This document shows positions 11,467 through 23,366 of a stretch of 64,000 nucleotides of DNA, one piece after another (the stretch's first letter is position 1; the number at the start of each line of letters is the position of its first letter). The translations under genes were made by a program, and so were the position numbers. The stretch is from Naegleria gruberi. Lineage: Eukaryota. Under the pieces are notes generated by a model. The model saw only the letters and a list, made by a program, of their open reading frames with translations, searched no databases and was not told where the DNA came from. Location: assembly GCA_000004985.1 (NCBI GenBank), contig GG738932.1. One strand, 5' to 3'.

Positions 11467-12862
11467 TTAACATTCCCAATCAAATGTTAAATCCGAATAT
11501 TCACATCTTGCTCTTGTCATTGCTTTCAAATTAGCTAACATCCATTCAATTCTCTTTCCAGTCAATCGAATGCCATGATAATAAGTATTTGAAGAGAATG
11601 AACAAACTCCAATTTTCCATCTCAAATATTCTTCATTCTCTGGTGTTGAAAAACTTGTAAGGTTATAAATGTTTTTTCCTTTTAAGTCATCTTCAACACC
11701 AAGCATTTCATTAGAACCATTGGATCCAGAACAATAGAATGAGCCAGTTGATGATTCAAATAAGGTGTGATGCCATCCACACCAAATATCAACAATTGGT
11801 TGAGGTGTTTCAATTAATACAGGAAATCCAAAATCACTTGTCACTTCTCCTTGTGAAAGTTGTCCATATGAATTGAATCCAAAGCCATAAACCTTTCTAC
11901 TTTCTGATTTTCATTATTTTGTATTTTCAAAAGAAGCGAAATAACTTACTAGTCAAAACAATGGTGTGAAGAGCTCCAAGAGCAAGCTTAATCACATGTT
12001 CTCCTAAATCATTCATTGGTTGGTGTCGAACGAATCGAGGATTATCTCCACTACTATTTCCCAATCCTTGTTGAGAATAAACTCCCCATCCTTGATTTCA
12101 AATACATGAATATTCATGTCAATTATTCAATAAAATTTGCAATTACAAACCTGTTGTGAGTAGTTTTCCATTAGCAGTAACTACCAAAGTTCTATAATAA
12201 GCAGGATACACATCAAGAATATGATCATCCTCATCCAGAACATACTCAAATTTAATTTTTCCTCCACCACACCCACCCAAACATCCATACGCATCAGATC
12301 CTGTTCCATAAACCTCATGATTATTAGTAATTGCCATCATGTGAGATAATCCAGTTCCAACATACTCAAAATGCAATGCTTCTTCCTGTCCAAACTTTTC
12401 CTCCTTCCACACATCATTAATTGAAAACAATCTTCCACTCTCCATCACAGCATATAACACTGAATTGGTAGCACACAATTGTTTGAAAGGACTTTTATCC
12501 ATCTCTCTCAATTTCTCAGTATTCAATTCATGTAATTTGTCTGGATCCTCACCATCATCATAATTTGGATTTCCAATTACAAAAGATCCTCTTCCGAGCA
12601 GCAATACCTTACCACTCTTCATCAGGAAGATTACGATCGAATCACTATTAGTAACACTCAATACAATATCATCATGATCGGGAAAAAGTATGGTAGGGAC
12701 AGCATGGGAGCCTGATCTATAGACGATCGATTCGTTGATGGAGTTACAGTTGGGAGTGTAGAGTTCGGGTCTGTAGAGACGATAAAAGTTTAATTCATAC
12801 GATGCCATTTTTTTTTTACTGTCGTGGAGTTCATTGCTTTCAATATCAAAAAAGAACATCAT
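11467..12862 (-). CDS. RCC1-repeat (RLD-like) protein, 3 exons
   Basis: Exons are 12862..12151, 12089..11949 and 11902..11467. Intron 1 is 12090..12150 (GTTTGT...CAAG) and intron 2 is 11903..11948 (GTAAGT...CAG). RCC1-like repeats occur in all exons (VYGTGSDAYGCLG; GWGVYSQQGLGNSSGD; KVYGFGFNSYGQLSQGE; WCGWHHTLF; FYCSGSNGSNEMLG). Confidence 0.6.
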
Positions 12863-12966
12863 CAGTTACAACAAGTTCATAATACGAGTACAAAGCTTTT
12901 TGAAGTTGACCAAGATATCATGTAAGAGTAGAATATTTTTGGACTATTAAATATATGAACATGAAG

Positions 12967-13039
12967 CTGGCGTAGCTCAGTCGGTAGAGCGTTGGTCTAA
13001 TAAGCCATTGGTCGCCGGTTCGATCCCGTCCGTCAGCAG
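12967..13039 (+). tRNA. tRNA-Ile (anticodon AAU), copy 1
   Basis: GCTGGCG-TA-GCTC-AGTCGGTA-GAGC... anticodon loop CTAATAA ...GGTTCGATCC...CGTCAGC-A. Perfect acceptor and D stems. Anticodon stem has a U27-U43 mismatch and the T stem a C50-U64 mismatch. Identical to the copy at 42744..42816. Confidence 0.6.
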
Positions 13040-13154
13040 ATAATTTTGATTTTTATCACAAGTTAAATTTATTTAAGCAAAATTGCAAAACTTCACAAAC
13101 TTCTTGATTTCAAATCATTCTCTCAAAATTTTCAAAAATTCTTTTCTTTTCCAT

Positions 13155-14084
13155 TTAAAAATAAGAATCAACCTTCTTACATTCGTATTTGGCACAGACC
13201 TTCTTATTTTCATATTCACAACAAACCTTCTTTCCACCAACTAACTTGTGCTTCTTACAGACCTTCTTTCCCTTTGACTTTTTAATGCATTTCTTGTAAT
13301 TCTTCTTGTGGATACATTTGGAAGGAACAGTTTCATGTTTACAACAAACCTTCTTGGTGTTGTACTTGACACATTTGGAATGAGTCTTGTGTTTCTTACA
13401 GAATTGGACGTTCTTGTATTGGGCACAGAAATGTTTTGTCTTGTGTTCACAACATTTCTTGAAATTCTTCTTTTCCTTACAATATTTGACATTCTTGAAT
13501 TTGCAACATTTCTTGGCATATGACACAACACGACATTTCTTGACACTGCTGCATTTTGGAGGAGCATATGAATCAGTAGTGTACTTGTCACAAACCTTGT
13601 GAGTTTCACACTTCTTGATTGGAACCTTTTCGTATTTTTCACAAACTTTCTTTGTGGCATGTTTTACACATTTAGTTTCGTTTGTGTATTTGGAACAATA
13701 CTTCTTACTTCCCTTCTTGGCACAGACCTTCTTATTTCCATAGGAATCACAAGTTTTCCATGTCTTATGCTTGGCACAGGTTGTCTTTTTAGTTTCGTAT
13801 TTGACACATCTCTTGGTTGGCTTACTATACTTGTCGCATTTAGAATAATTCTTGTATTTGAGACATTTTCCAGCACCAACAACAGCATACTTATCGCAAA
13901 CCTTCTTTTGACCTTCGAGTTTGTGTTTCAAACATTTACCTTTAACTGTCTTGTAAGAAACACATTTCTTCTCACAAGGAGGTTTGTAAGTATCAGGTTT
14001 TGGTTGATAGGAATCAGTTGCTTGAACTGCCAAAATGGAAAGTAAGAGCACAAGGCCGATTACAATGATTTGCTTGGTTTGCAT
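13155..14084 (-). CDS. secreted lysine/cysteine-rich tandem-repeat protein (309 aa)
   Basis: Signal peptide MQTKQIIVIGLVLLLSILAVQA. The body has about 20 degenerate 11-13 aa repeats of form K-x-C-x-K-Y-x-x-K-K-V-C, about 25% Lys and about 14% Cys. The overlapping ORFs on both strands (13241..13660, 13599..14045 and others) are low-complexity artefacts. Confidence 0.6.
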   Translation of the reverse strand: MQTKQIIVIGLVLLLSILAVQATDSYQPKPDTYKPPCEKKCVSYKTVKGKCLKHKLEGQKKVCDKYAVVGAGKCLKYKNYSKCDKYSKPTKRCVKYETKKTTCAKHKTWKTCDSYGNKKVCAKKGSKKYCSKYTNETKCVKHATKKVCEKYEKVPIKKCETHKVCDKYTTDSYAPPKCSSVKKCRVVSYAKKCCKFKNVKYCKEKKNFKKCCEHKTKHFCAQYKNVQFCKKHKTHSKCVKYNTKKVCCKHETVPSKCIHKKNYKKCIKKSKGKKVCKKHKLVGGKKVCCEYENKKVCAKYECKKVDSYF

Positions 14085-14527
14085 TTTTTTCTTGTTGAAT
14101 AAAGATTGAGATAATGTTTCGAATATTTATGTGAAATGCAAAGACTACATTTAAAGGAAAATTGAAATTTATGGTAAATGAAAGAACTCGAGAAATTGTA
14201 TAAATAGGGAGGATTGCTTTGGTGTGATTCCATTTCAATATATTTCTTGAAATATTGATTTTCTAAATTTAGTTAGATTGGTGATCAAAGTTTGAGCTTT
14301 GGATTTCTTGCTCTTTATCTAGAAATTGATCATCATTGATTATTTACTGTACTTTATCCAATTCTTGATTGGATTATTAAGAAACTTGAGTATTTTTGTC
14401 AATTTATCCCATAAGAATCTATGTTGTCCATTCTATTCAACATTCGAATCAATTTAGAACAGAATGGATTCAACTTGTCTTTTCTTCAATAAACTCAAAC
14501 AATGTGAAGAAACTAAAATTTATTCAA

Positions 14528-16120
14528 TTATCGAGATAGACCTCTCTTTCTAGTCGTTTGGCTGATATTTACAGAATTTCCACAATTACTGGAAGAACCT
14601 CCCGACTTGGCAGAGAAGATATTCGAATTCTCAAAAAACTTGGTTCCATTTAACAGATCCAAAACTGTTCTCTTTTTAGAATTCTCAATGTCTAAACTCA
14701 CAATTGGAAATAAAATTTCAATACATTTCACATAGGTATCTGTACAAATCGTTTGATTTCTACTCGAATGTTGAACTCGACTTGGAAGAATCGTTGGTTC
14801 AGAATTTGCCTTATTTACAATAAAAAGTGTAGAATTGTTAAATCCCTGATCATCTATCAAGCTGCTATTCGAATCTGATGAATGGAATGATGTTACAGCT
14901 GCTCTATCATTGGAAGGATCCAAAATTGCCAACTTGATTGTTGCGCAATGGAGAGGAGTATTTCCCTCCTTATCTTGGTATTCCAAAACCTTGAGACACT
15001 TGTTAGTATTCTCTTCATTGAGCATTAAGAGGAAGGTTTTCAACACTTCATCGGCTCCATATCTACAGGCTGTGTGAATGGGTGTTTGACCGCTCTTGTC
15101 TGATTGACAAAGCATTTTCAAGTAAATTTCTCTGTTAAGGAATAGAGCAAGGATTCGAACAACATCCGCTGAATTATTGATACACGAAAGATGGAATAAA
15201 TTTCTCGATTCATGGTCCATGTGCTTATTTACATTACTCAATTCGCTGAAATCATACAGGGAAATGAACATGGAGAGGAATCTCATCTTGACATTCTTAT
15301 TTACATTTGAATAATCATTCGTCCTAGCAAAATCCTTAATTAATTGCATTAACGGTGTGAGACCGTTTTCATCCTTTGCACACAGCTGTAGCTTATCAGA
15401 AGCGCCGAAATGATTCTTTGTAATCAAAATTAAACCTTCCAAATCGTATTGCTCAACCACGAGATGCAAACAAGTTTTTGAATTACTTCTTCTACAATTG
15501 ACTAAATTTGGGTTAAAATCTAAAATAGCAGTAACTACTCTGTGGTGTCGATTCTTAATTGCTAAATGAATTGGCGTGTTTCCAAACGCATCTTTTGAAT
15601 CAATGCCAATGTCTTCTTCAGATTTTCTATTGAACACCTTTCTTCCAGCTAAAAGTAATAAAACACATTCTAAGGAGCCATTCGAAGCTGCGTAATGAAG
15701 TGGTGTTGCTTGACCTCTGTCTTTAACATTCAAAATGACGTCCTTTCTCTTCAGAAGCAGCGAGACAATGTCAGAGTGATTGAGTGAGCATGCCTTGTGG
15801 AGGATTGTTGATCCGTGTGAAGTTTCGTCTGGAATCATTGGATTGAATAAATTGTTACTAGAATATTGTTGAACAGCCAAATGGTTTAAATTCTCACCAT
15901 CTGCCCATTCTAACAAAGAACTGACAGCTTGGAAATCATTTTGTGTGACTGCTTGGAATAAAAGAGTTGACCATTCACGTGGACTAAAGTGAATGAAATG
16001 ATTAGAAAGTAGTATGTGTGAAAATATTGACGAAAAGTCGTCTATGGGCTGTGATGAGTCGGAAGTGGTGTGAGAAGATGTTTCGAATTTGGGAAGACTA
16101 GAAGGAGGAAGAGTCATCAT
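14528..16120 (-). CDS. ankyrin-repeat protein (530 aa)
   Basis: Multiple ANK consensus repeats (GSTILHKACSLNHSDIVSLLL; ATPLHYAASNGSLECVLLLL; GNTPIHLAIKNRHHRVVTAILDF; GQTPIHTACRYGADEVLKTFL; GNTPLHCATIK). Single uninterrupted ORF. Confidence 0.7.
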   Translation of the reverse strand: MMTLPPSSLPKFETSSHTTSDSSQPIDDFSSIFSHILLSNHFIHFSPREWSTLLFQAVTQNDFQAVSSLLEWADGENLNHLAVQQYSSNNLFNPMIPDETSHGSTILHKACSLNHSDIVSLLLKRKDVILNVKDRGQATPLHYAASNGSLECVLLLLAGRKVFNRKSEEDIGIDSKDAFGNTPIHLAIKNRHHRVVTAILDFNPNLVNCRRSNSKTCLHLVVEQYDLEGLILITKNHFGASDKLQLCAKDENGLTPLMQLIKDFARTNDYSNVNKNVKMRFLSMFISLYDFSELSNVNKHMDHESRNLFHLSCINNSADVVRILALFLNREIYLKMLCQSDKSGQTPIHTACRYGADEVLKTFLLMLNEENTNKCLKVLEYQDKEGNTPLHCATIKLAILDPSNDRAAVTSFHSSDSNSSLIDDQGFNNSTLFIVNKANSEPTILPSRVQHSSRNQTICTDTYVKCIEILFPIVSLDIENSKKRTVLDLLNGTKFFENSNIFSAKSGGSSSNCGNSVNISQTTRKRGLSR

Positions 16121-17783
16121 TGTGTGTTGAGTTTCCTTTCGAATATGTCTTTGTGAGAATAGCCTTGTCGTGTGAAAAGCTTTTGGGACAACAGTGTGTT
16201 TCGGTGTTTTTCTTTTAAAATTTCTGCCAATTAATAAATAGCAGGGAAATGTTGGTGGCCGAAACTAAAAGAATCAAGGTTCAAATTAGGCAATTTAAAA
16301 AGCAAATTTTTCAATAACGGCAGTTTTTATGAATCTGTGCCGAGGTTTTAATCACCACAACCAAATCAAATTATCAATCTATTTGCTTAACTGCCAAGTG
16401 CCAGCTGTCTTGTTTTTTTGTATGATTATTAATACTTGTCATCGCTAGAGAGAGGAAATGAGGAAATTAAATAGCAGCAACAACATACCCTAACACCTTT
16501 TCTATCCATCGGTACATAATATCGGATTTAAAAAGGTTATTTTTCATTTGACATTCTCCTGGTTGAGCGCCAGGCATCCAAAATATTCACATTATTGGCG
16601 ACTTGCCGCTTTTTTCCTTGCTTTTTATGGACCACATAAGTTTCGATAGACCAAAAATTGGTGTCTTATGTCTTGTTTGTTCTTTGAATGGTTGGCTAGC
16701 TGTCAAATGTAATGACATTAAAAAATCCCAAATACTTGAAAATTTAACCTAGCCAACGAAGACTTGATAAGGTCATCATGCGATGTGGTGATTCTTTGGT
16801 GATTCTTTCACTGGAGTGAAAATGCTTAATAGAGCTGTTTAGGTAGATTTGGTGTTGAGGGTTGACATCTTTAAATCAAAGAATAATTGAGCTCGTTCAC
16901 TAGCAAAAACAATCAATGTTGGGTTACGTTCACAACTCAGTTTGCCAGAAAAGATCAGTGAAAATTCTTTTTAGGAGAAACGGAAATCGTGCTAGGTGCA
17001 CTAATGGATAGCGTCAGAGGATCCTCTTCAGTTTCTTTTATGTTCTGTAGTGAAATAATTCAGGCTAGAAGAAGAGGAATGTAGAGGAACTGTAAATCAC
17101 TGGTATAGACCTATGAATGATGCATCTACAGTTCTATCTTGTAATTGTTGCCTTTAGGGGTGATGTAAACTTAATGTTCTCAATCCCTTAATAGTAGATT
17201 TGTGAAATAAATATTCATTTAATAACATTATAGTTATATTCTGTTCGATTAATGTCATCCATGCATCAATTTCATTATTAATAGTCCAATAACATTCAAA
17301 TTTTTAAACCTTAAATAATTATAATTATAAATCAATATCAATTTAACAATATATCCCGTTCTAATTGGCTTAAATAATAATATTATAATTGAAATGTACA
17401 CTTGATAATTACTATTATTCCTATTACAATGGTCATCCTTTTAGCCTTTCATCCCGATTTTCGCAATATTCTACCAAATTAACTTGATGGCCATTCTTCA
17501 ATTTCCACAACTCTTCATCACTCATCTCTGCTGTGATAACACAATCCAAATATCAAACTCTATTTGTCTGCAAGGATTAACATTAGTAAATATTTTTTCA
17601 TTTTTTAATTTTTAATTTTATTGTTTAAAAAATTTCCTTGTCAGCAAAGCTTTTGAGATGAACCTTGATAAGAGATGAAGTAAGAACTTTTGTTTGCCCC
17701 AACAACAAACGGAACTCTGAAGAGATTTTATGAATAACTGAACATGAAGAAGCGATAAAAAAGTAACAAAAAATTAACAAAGA

Positions 17784-18749
17784 ATGTTTTCCACCACATC
17801 AAACAACAATAACAATTTAAATAGTAATACGTATATTCAAAAGACTAATTTAATTAGTAGAGAAGAATTGGATTATATTCAATCTCATCAAATACACTTT
17901 CCTTCCATTAATAACAACAATTCAACAACTACAACCGATGAACAAGAACAACATGAAGAATGGCTGAATGAAATTGTTCAAACTCTCACTTTCCACTACA
18001 CTGAATTGATCAGCAAACAAATGATGAGCCTCTTCTACCCTAGATATCAACACTTTTTGCAATGTCTCTTCATACCAGGAATTGGCACACGATTTGAGCA
18101 ATTCTACAACTTTTTGGAGTGTTGTTCTTTTGAAGAGAAGGAAGCTTGGACTCATCAAGAAGCCTTTGAGGCCTTTGCTAATCATTTGGGAAGAGTGAGA
18201 ACCTACAGAGCTTTGGCGTTGAAGGAGAGTGAATATCAAAAGATAATCTCTGATGATTCTATTCATCCAACAGGAAGATTGAAGATATCAAAGGAGATTG
18301 TTGAAGGAATGGTTGATTTGCATGGTGTTTGGAAGATTTGTCATGCCAGATTGTATATTGGACAAAGAATGGTCAAGTATGATCCTTCTCTTTCTCTACA
18401 CGATCATCCAGAGACAACTACCTGCATTGCTTCACATTATATGGATTTACCAGAGAGGAAGATTTATTTGATGGAATTGGATTTACCACTCATTGAAGTG
18501 TTGGGTTATAAAGTGAGAGATGTTGCCTATGATAGGAATAGAAGATGGTTTTATTATGGAAAGATTTGGTTTGACAGCTTTGATGAAACTACTGAACGAT
18601 ATACCTTGTTCGAAATTCCACTCCTTTCAAAGAGGATGACTTCATTGAGGATTTTTGATAATCAGCAAGATATTGAAAACTTTTTGCGACCATTCAGAGA
18701 AAGTCAACAACTCTTAAAGAATCAATGTGATGATCAATCGGAAGAATAA
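17784..18749 (+). CDS. hypothetical protein with N-rich N-terminus (321 aa)
   Basis: Intact ORF. N-terminal poly-N/T tract, then a globular-looking region with no recognised motif. Confidence 0.45.
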   Translation: MFSTTSNNNNNLNSNTYIQKTNLISREELDYIQSHQIHFPSINNNNSTTTTDEQEQHEEWLNEIVQTLTFHYTELISKQMMSLFYPRYQHFLQCLFIPGIGTRFEQFYNFLECCSFEEKEAWTHQEAFEAFANHLGRVRTYRALALKESEYQKIISDDSIHPTGRLKISKEIVEGMVDLHGVWKICHARLYIGQRMVKYDPSLSLHDHPETTTCIASHYMDLPERKIYLMELDLPLIEVLGYKVRDVAYDRNRRWFYYGKIWFDSFDETTERYTLFEIPLLSKRMTSLRIFDNQQDIENFLRPFRESQQLLKNQCDDQSEE

Positions 18750-18879
18750 TTATTCAACTTTAATCGTAGTAGGGTTTTTAACCTTACACATTTTAAATTA
18801 AATAATTTTGATAATTAATATTTAAAAAAAATTCATCAACATCTAACAATAAGAAACGTTTTCATCTTTCAAAAATTAG

Positions 18880-19875
18880 ATGATCACATTTCAACTTGTT
18901 GATTGGATCGGAAAGGAGGAAGAAAAAACAAACATCTGGTTGCAATATCAGCTAAGAGGAAAACATTCCTTCTCCTATCATCACTTTCATCACTTGGCCA
19001 CAATTGGTCACGAACAAAAATACATTCCAACCAATGAGAATGGTATTAATTTGTATTGGCCAACTTGTGCCATCATTCACAATTCAATGTTAATTATTGC
19101 AGATAATGGATACTCGAGGATTAATATGTTCAATGTAGAAACCAGAGATCATTTGGGATTTTTCAACATTCCAAAACAAGCTCCTGAGCGATTACTCTCA
19201 TGTGGAAATTCTCTGATTATTTCCTCCACCTTTAGAGTCTTTTCTTTAGATTTGACAAAGCTCAGCAATTCCAACACAACAATCAAGCTAAACGATTTGC
19301 AATGGAATGTGTTATTTGAACGTTGTATTATTAGTATTTGTCTGAGGAAGAAATTTACAAATCAAAACAATAACAAACAACATGCCCTAATCTATGTGGT
19401 TTTGGAGTCTGGAAGAGTATTCGAATTGGATAGCAATAATGGACAGATTGTAAGAGATTTTCAAATATTGGATCCATTCTCGAAAAATCCATTAATCCCA
19501 AGTGAACTTATCTATGTTTCCAAACTTAAATCATTCATCATGTTGGATAGCTACAAAAATAGTGTGGTTACTTTTTCAGATTGTACCCTTGAAATAACCC
19601 ATCAATTCAACCTTATTGGAAAACATCTGTTCCGTTCTATTTACTATGACGACTACAAGAACCTTATTTATATTTGTACAAGCAAAAATGTACAAATTTA
19701 CACCAGGGCTGGTATGTTAATCAATGTAATTCTGGATGAAAATGCAAAAGGAAGCAGACTGAGAGAACCTAGTCCATTTCAACTGTGTATGCCTTTTCAA
19801 AGTTTCATTCATGGAAATCGTTTCTATCTGGTTGACTATGATCACCATAGGATGTTGATATTCCTTTCGAATTAG
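18880..19875 (+). CDS. hypothetical protein, possible NHL-like beta-propeller
   Basis: ATG at 18880. Repeated segments resemble NHL blades (FYLVDYDHHRMLIF; MLIIADNGYSRINMFN). Weak. Confidence 0.4.
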   Translation: MITFQLVDWIGKEEEKTNIWLQYQLRGKHSFSYHHFHHLATIGHEQKYIPTNENGINLYWPTCAIIHNSMLIIADNGYSRINMFNVETRDHLGFFNIPKQAPERLLSCGNSLIISSTFRVFSLDLTKLSNSNTTIKLNDLQWNVLFERCIISICLRKKFTNQNNNKQHALIYVVLESGRVFELDSNNGQIVRDFQILDPFSKNPLIPSELIYVSKLKSFIMLDSYKNSVVTFSDCTLEITHQFNLIGKHLFRSIYYDDYKNLIYICTSKNVQIYTRAGMLINVILDENAKGSRLREPSPFQLCMPFQSFIHGNRFYLVDYDHHRMLIFLSN

Positions 19876-20162
19876 TTCATCAACAAATTGGTCACTCAAC
19901 AAATTTTTCCTGAATAAGCTCAAAATGATTTTTGGCTTGTGGCGACCTAAACTTACGTTTACGTTTAAGGACAGAGGAAAGGACTAAAATAGCACACATT
20001 TTGCTATTTGTGTAATCTCCAATTGATTATGGAAATTATAAAGTGTTGCGAGATTTAGCGAGATTAGAGGTTCTCGTTGGACAAGCTTTACGTTTTTAAT
20101 TGTGGCGTTATTAATGACACATAGAAAGACATCAAAATATCAATTACAAGAAAAAAAACAAG

Positions 20163-20699
20163 ATGGTACAAAAGCAAGTGAGAGATTCAAACAAGAAGAA
20201 TTTAATTGGGTCAATTAGTTCACCACAAAAGATTGGCAAACAAAACAATAACATGCTGAAAGCTCCAAGTTTTGATTTTGATGTTGTGAGTTTCACCAAT
20301 AATCACAGCATGTTTGCCACATCAAGACAGAGAAAAGCACCTGTGCAAGCTTATGAACAAGTACTTATTCTGCAACCTCAAACTCTCATTAGTTCTCATG
20401 AGCTTGAAATGCCTAGAAAAAAGCAGAAGAAACATCGAGTGACTGGGTCCAAGATTTTTGAAACTACTCTACCTGAAGATTTACATCCACCTCAAACAAG
20501 AGTCACAACTACATGCATAGCATCTTCATGCAACTGCTCTACATCCTCATCATTGAATGTATCAATGCAAACACCTTCTTCACCTGACCAGTTTATGATC
20601 GGTTACAATAATCAGCAGCTTAATACCAGCACTAAATCTTCATCCAGTTCTTCACGTATTCATCGCTCATCAATTTCAATCAGAGAATTGTTAAATTGA
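20163..20699 (+). CDS. SMFGV/SISIRELLN-family protein, member C
   Basis: FDFDVVSFTNNHSMFATSRQRKAPVQAYEQVLIL and C-terminal RSSISIRELLN. Confidence 0.55.
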   Translation: MVQKQVRDSNKKNLIGSISSPQKIGKQNNNMLKAPSFDFDVVSFTNNHSMFATSRQRKAPVQAYEQVLILQPQTLISSHELEMPRKKQKKHRVTGSKIFETTLPEDLHPPQTRVTTTCIASSCNCSTSSSLNVSMQTPSSPDQFMIGYNNQQLNTSTKSSSSSSRIHRSSISIRELLN

Positions 20700-20893
20700 C
20701 CGTTTCATTAAGCTAGGTCTAAAAATGGTCAACTAACATATTTGTAACGACACGTGTCTAACCACAAAGTAACAGATATTCCAGATCAGTAATTGACCAC
20801 AACAGCGTAAAATTGTCAAACATTATTCTTTTGGGATTGGTTTTTCTAATGTGAAGGTCATGGTTTTATGGTGCTGTTAAAAAGTTAAAAAAT

Positions 20894-21280
20894 ATGCCAC
20901 AACAGCATACCGATAGCAGATCAGCACATAACAGCCAACAACAATGCAACAAGACAAAGAGTTCAGTACCAGTATTTGTTTTGAATGATGTCTTGAACAC
21001 TAGAGTTGAATACACTGTCCACAAGTCCATGTTTGGTGTCATTAAAAAGAGAAAGACGACTGTTCAGAGCTATGAAACTGTTCTTTATTTTAATCGTAAG
21101 GAAGAAACCAAAGCTTCTGGAATTCAAAAACAGCAGAAGAAACCAATTCAATTAAATATCCAACAAGCACAACACAAATCATCTTATTTACCTGTACAAT
21201 CTAGGCCAATAAGAACAAAAATATCCATTAAAGAGTTGCTCAATCCACAACCTGAGATTTTCATTACCCCCAATCAATAA
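20894..21280 (+). CDS. SMFGV/SISIRELLN-family protein, member D (tandem to C)
   Basis: EYTVHKSMFGVIKKRKTTVQSYETVLYFN and near-C-terminal KISIKELLN, followed by an 11-aa extension. Confidence 0.5.
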   Translation: MPQQHTDSRSAHNSQQQCNKTKSSVPVFVLNDVLNTRVEYTVHKSMFGVIKKRKTTVQSYETVLYFNRKEETKASGIQKQQKKPIQLNIQQAQHKSSYLPVQSRPIRTKISIKELLNPQPEIFITPNQ

Positions 21281-21324
21281 ATGTTTCCAAATGTTTAAAT
21301 ATATTTGCTTGTGATGATTGAAAA

Positions 21325-23366
21325 TTACTTTTTGTTTGCTTCCTCATCTGCCTTTGCTTCTTCCTTTGGTTTGTTGATTGCCTTGTTCAAAATCAATGAG
21401 AGGAAAAACATGACTGCACTAATTACAGTAATAACATAAAATACCATACGATGGTCGATTGGAAATTTGGACACTGCAACAGAGCCAGCGAATATGGATC
21501 CCCCAATTATTGGACTCACCATTCTCGAAAGTGCAACAAATGATTGAGCAGTACCATTCAATTTACCATAATTCTTCCTTGAAACACTGTTATTTGTAAT
21601 GAGGAAAGTACCCAAGAAGCTATAACCATTAGAAACTTGTCTTACTAGGAGAATAAGACCAAGAACACTCCAAAACAACACATGTTTCCACATTGGATCA
21701 TCTTCAGTAGCCACTAACCAAATAATTTCTGGGAAGATGACATTGAAAATAGTATCTACCAAAATACTCCAACGATAACAGGTTAATGGACTGAATTTGG
21801 CAATAACAACAGGTGTAATGAATAATTGATTCACAAAAATGATAAATCCTAAAAATCCTCCCATTACTTTGTGTTTCAAATTCCAAATTTACAAATATTT
21901 GTAGAGAATAACAAGTGAATATTTAACAATATTATAAAAAGAAAACTTACAACCAAGATGATAAGAGGACATTCCCAATCCTCCCTTATCTTTAGGAAGG
22001 ACAGCAAAGAGAGGTAAACATTCATCAAACATGATTTGTTTCGATCCCAATAATAAATAGAGTAAGCATGTTGTTAATGGAACAGGAGAGGCCACCATTT
22101 CATGCTTTCTAAAACTATCGAACTTATTCTTGAGTTTTTGCAATAGGGTTTCCTTAATAACAATTGGTTCTTGATCCTGTTCTTCGAGGTCGTCGGTTGG
22201 AGTTGACAATAAATTTGTTTTGGAAATGGTACTTCCCTTACTCTTGTGTTTATCAGCAATCTCTTCTGATTCCTTGGCAATAAATTTTCTATAATACCAA
22301 CTGTTCTTATTGGCCTCTTCCAGTTTCAAATAGCCCAATACGAAACCAACTAAGGAAAAGCTAGAAATGAAAAAACTTGGTAAAATGTAAGGGAATTGAA
22401 TAACAAAGTTTTGTATCCACTCTGGGAAGAGCATGACAAAACTTGGATATTGTTGATAAGGTCTCGAAAATACACCACCAAGCAATGGTCCTAACACAGA
22501 TGATAGACCAAATGTAATACTAGTCAATGAGAATGCTCTTGCCTGATTGGTACTATCAGTAATTTCTCCTAAATAACTTTTAACAACTCCCAAATTACTG
22601 TATTGTTTCCAATAAATTCCATTGTTTCCATTAAAGATTGTTCATTCAATGTTGTTCAATGTTTCCATTGGTTTTAAAGAAGTTCATTCAATATTAGAAT
22701 GTAAATAACTCAAACATACCCATTCAATAAACCAAACATGAATCTACAAATACATGCCCACCATAACCATCTCGAAAATCCAAACATTAATCCACAAAGG
22801 CCACCAAAAAACGTTCCAAACAGTAAAACAGGCCTTCTTCCAATACTATCCGAAATAGTTCCCCAAAAGAAGGAACTAATAAATTGAGAAAGAAAGTATG
22901 CAGCAGCAACCAATCCAACATAATAACCATACTCTGTTGGATTATCAGTCAAGTTAAAATCAGCAATCATGAATGTAATATAGGGCATTAGGGATGTGAA
23001 AGTCAAACTATCACACAAATACAGGAAAAAGACGACAAATAATTTACCCCAGGGCAATGGAGTAACTTTTTGTGGTTGTTGTTTTTTCTTTTCTGTTTCT
23101 TCTTCTTTTTCTTCTTCTTCTTCGGAAGCTTTTTGTTTTACTTCATCTTCATCCAATTCTTCCAAGGCTCTACTGCTCATCAGATGATGACTAATTGCTA
23201 TAGAATTTTCCTCTCCATCTGATCCTTCATCTTGTACAAGCCTTTTTAAATTCTTTTTCAATTCATATGTTTTTGTTTCCTCTGCTTCTTCTTCTCGCTC
23301 ATCATCACGATCAGAATTAATTGATGAATTAATTGATACCGATTCACTATTCTTCCTCTTTACCAT
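21325..23366 (-). CDS. MFS transporter (ZIF-like/MFSD-like), 3 exons
   Basis: Exons are 23366..22730, 22597..21950 and 21866..21325. Intron 1 is 22598..22729 (GTATGT...ACAG) and intron 2 is 21867..21949 (GTAAGT...AAAG). MFS signature GTISDSIGRRPVLLFG. 12 predicted TM segments across the exons. Acidic Glu/Lys-rich N-terminal tail. Confidence 0.7.

Noticed and set aside
13241-14045. ORFs 13241..13660(-), 13308..13523(+), 13387..13602(+), 13599..14045(+) and 13664..13888(-) overlapping the K/C-rich gene
   Set aside because: They are alternative-frame and antisense artefacts of a low-complexity repeat gene. Only the frame with the signal peptide and regular K/C repeat is coherent.
17784-19875. 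Joining 17784..18749 and 18880..19875 into one gene
   Set aside because: The first ORF ends at a stop with no splice donor nearby, and the second has its own ATG after an A/T-rich spacer. I kept them as separate genes.
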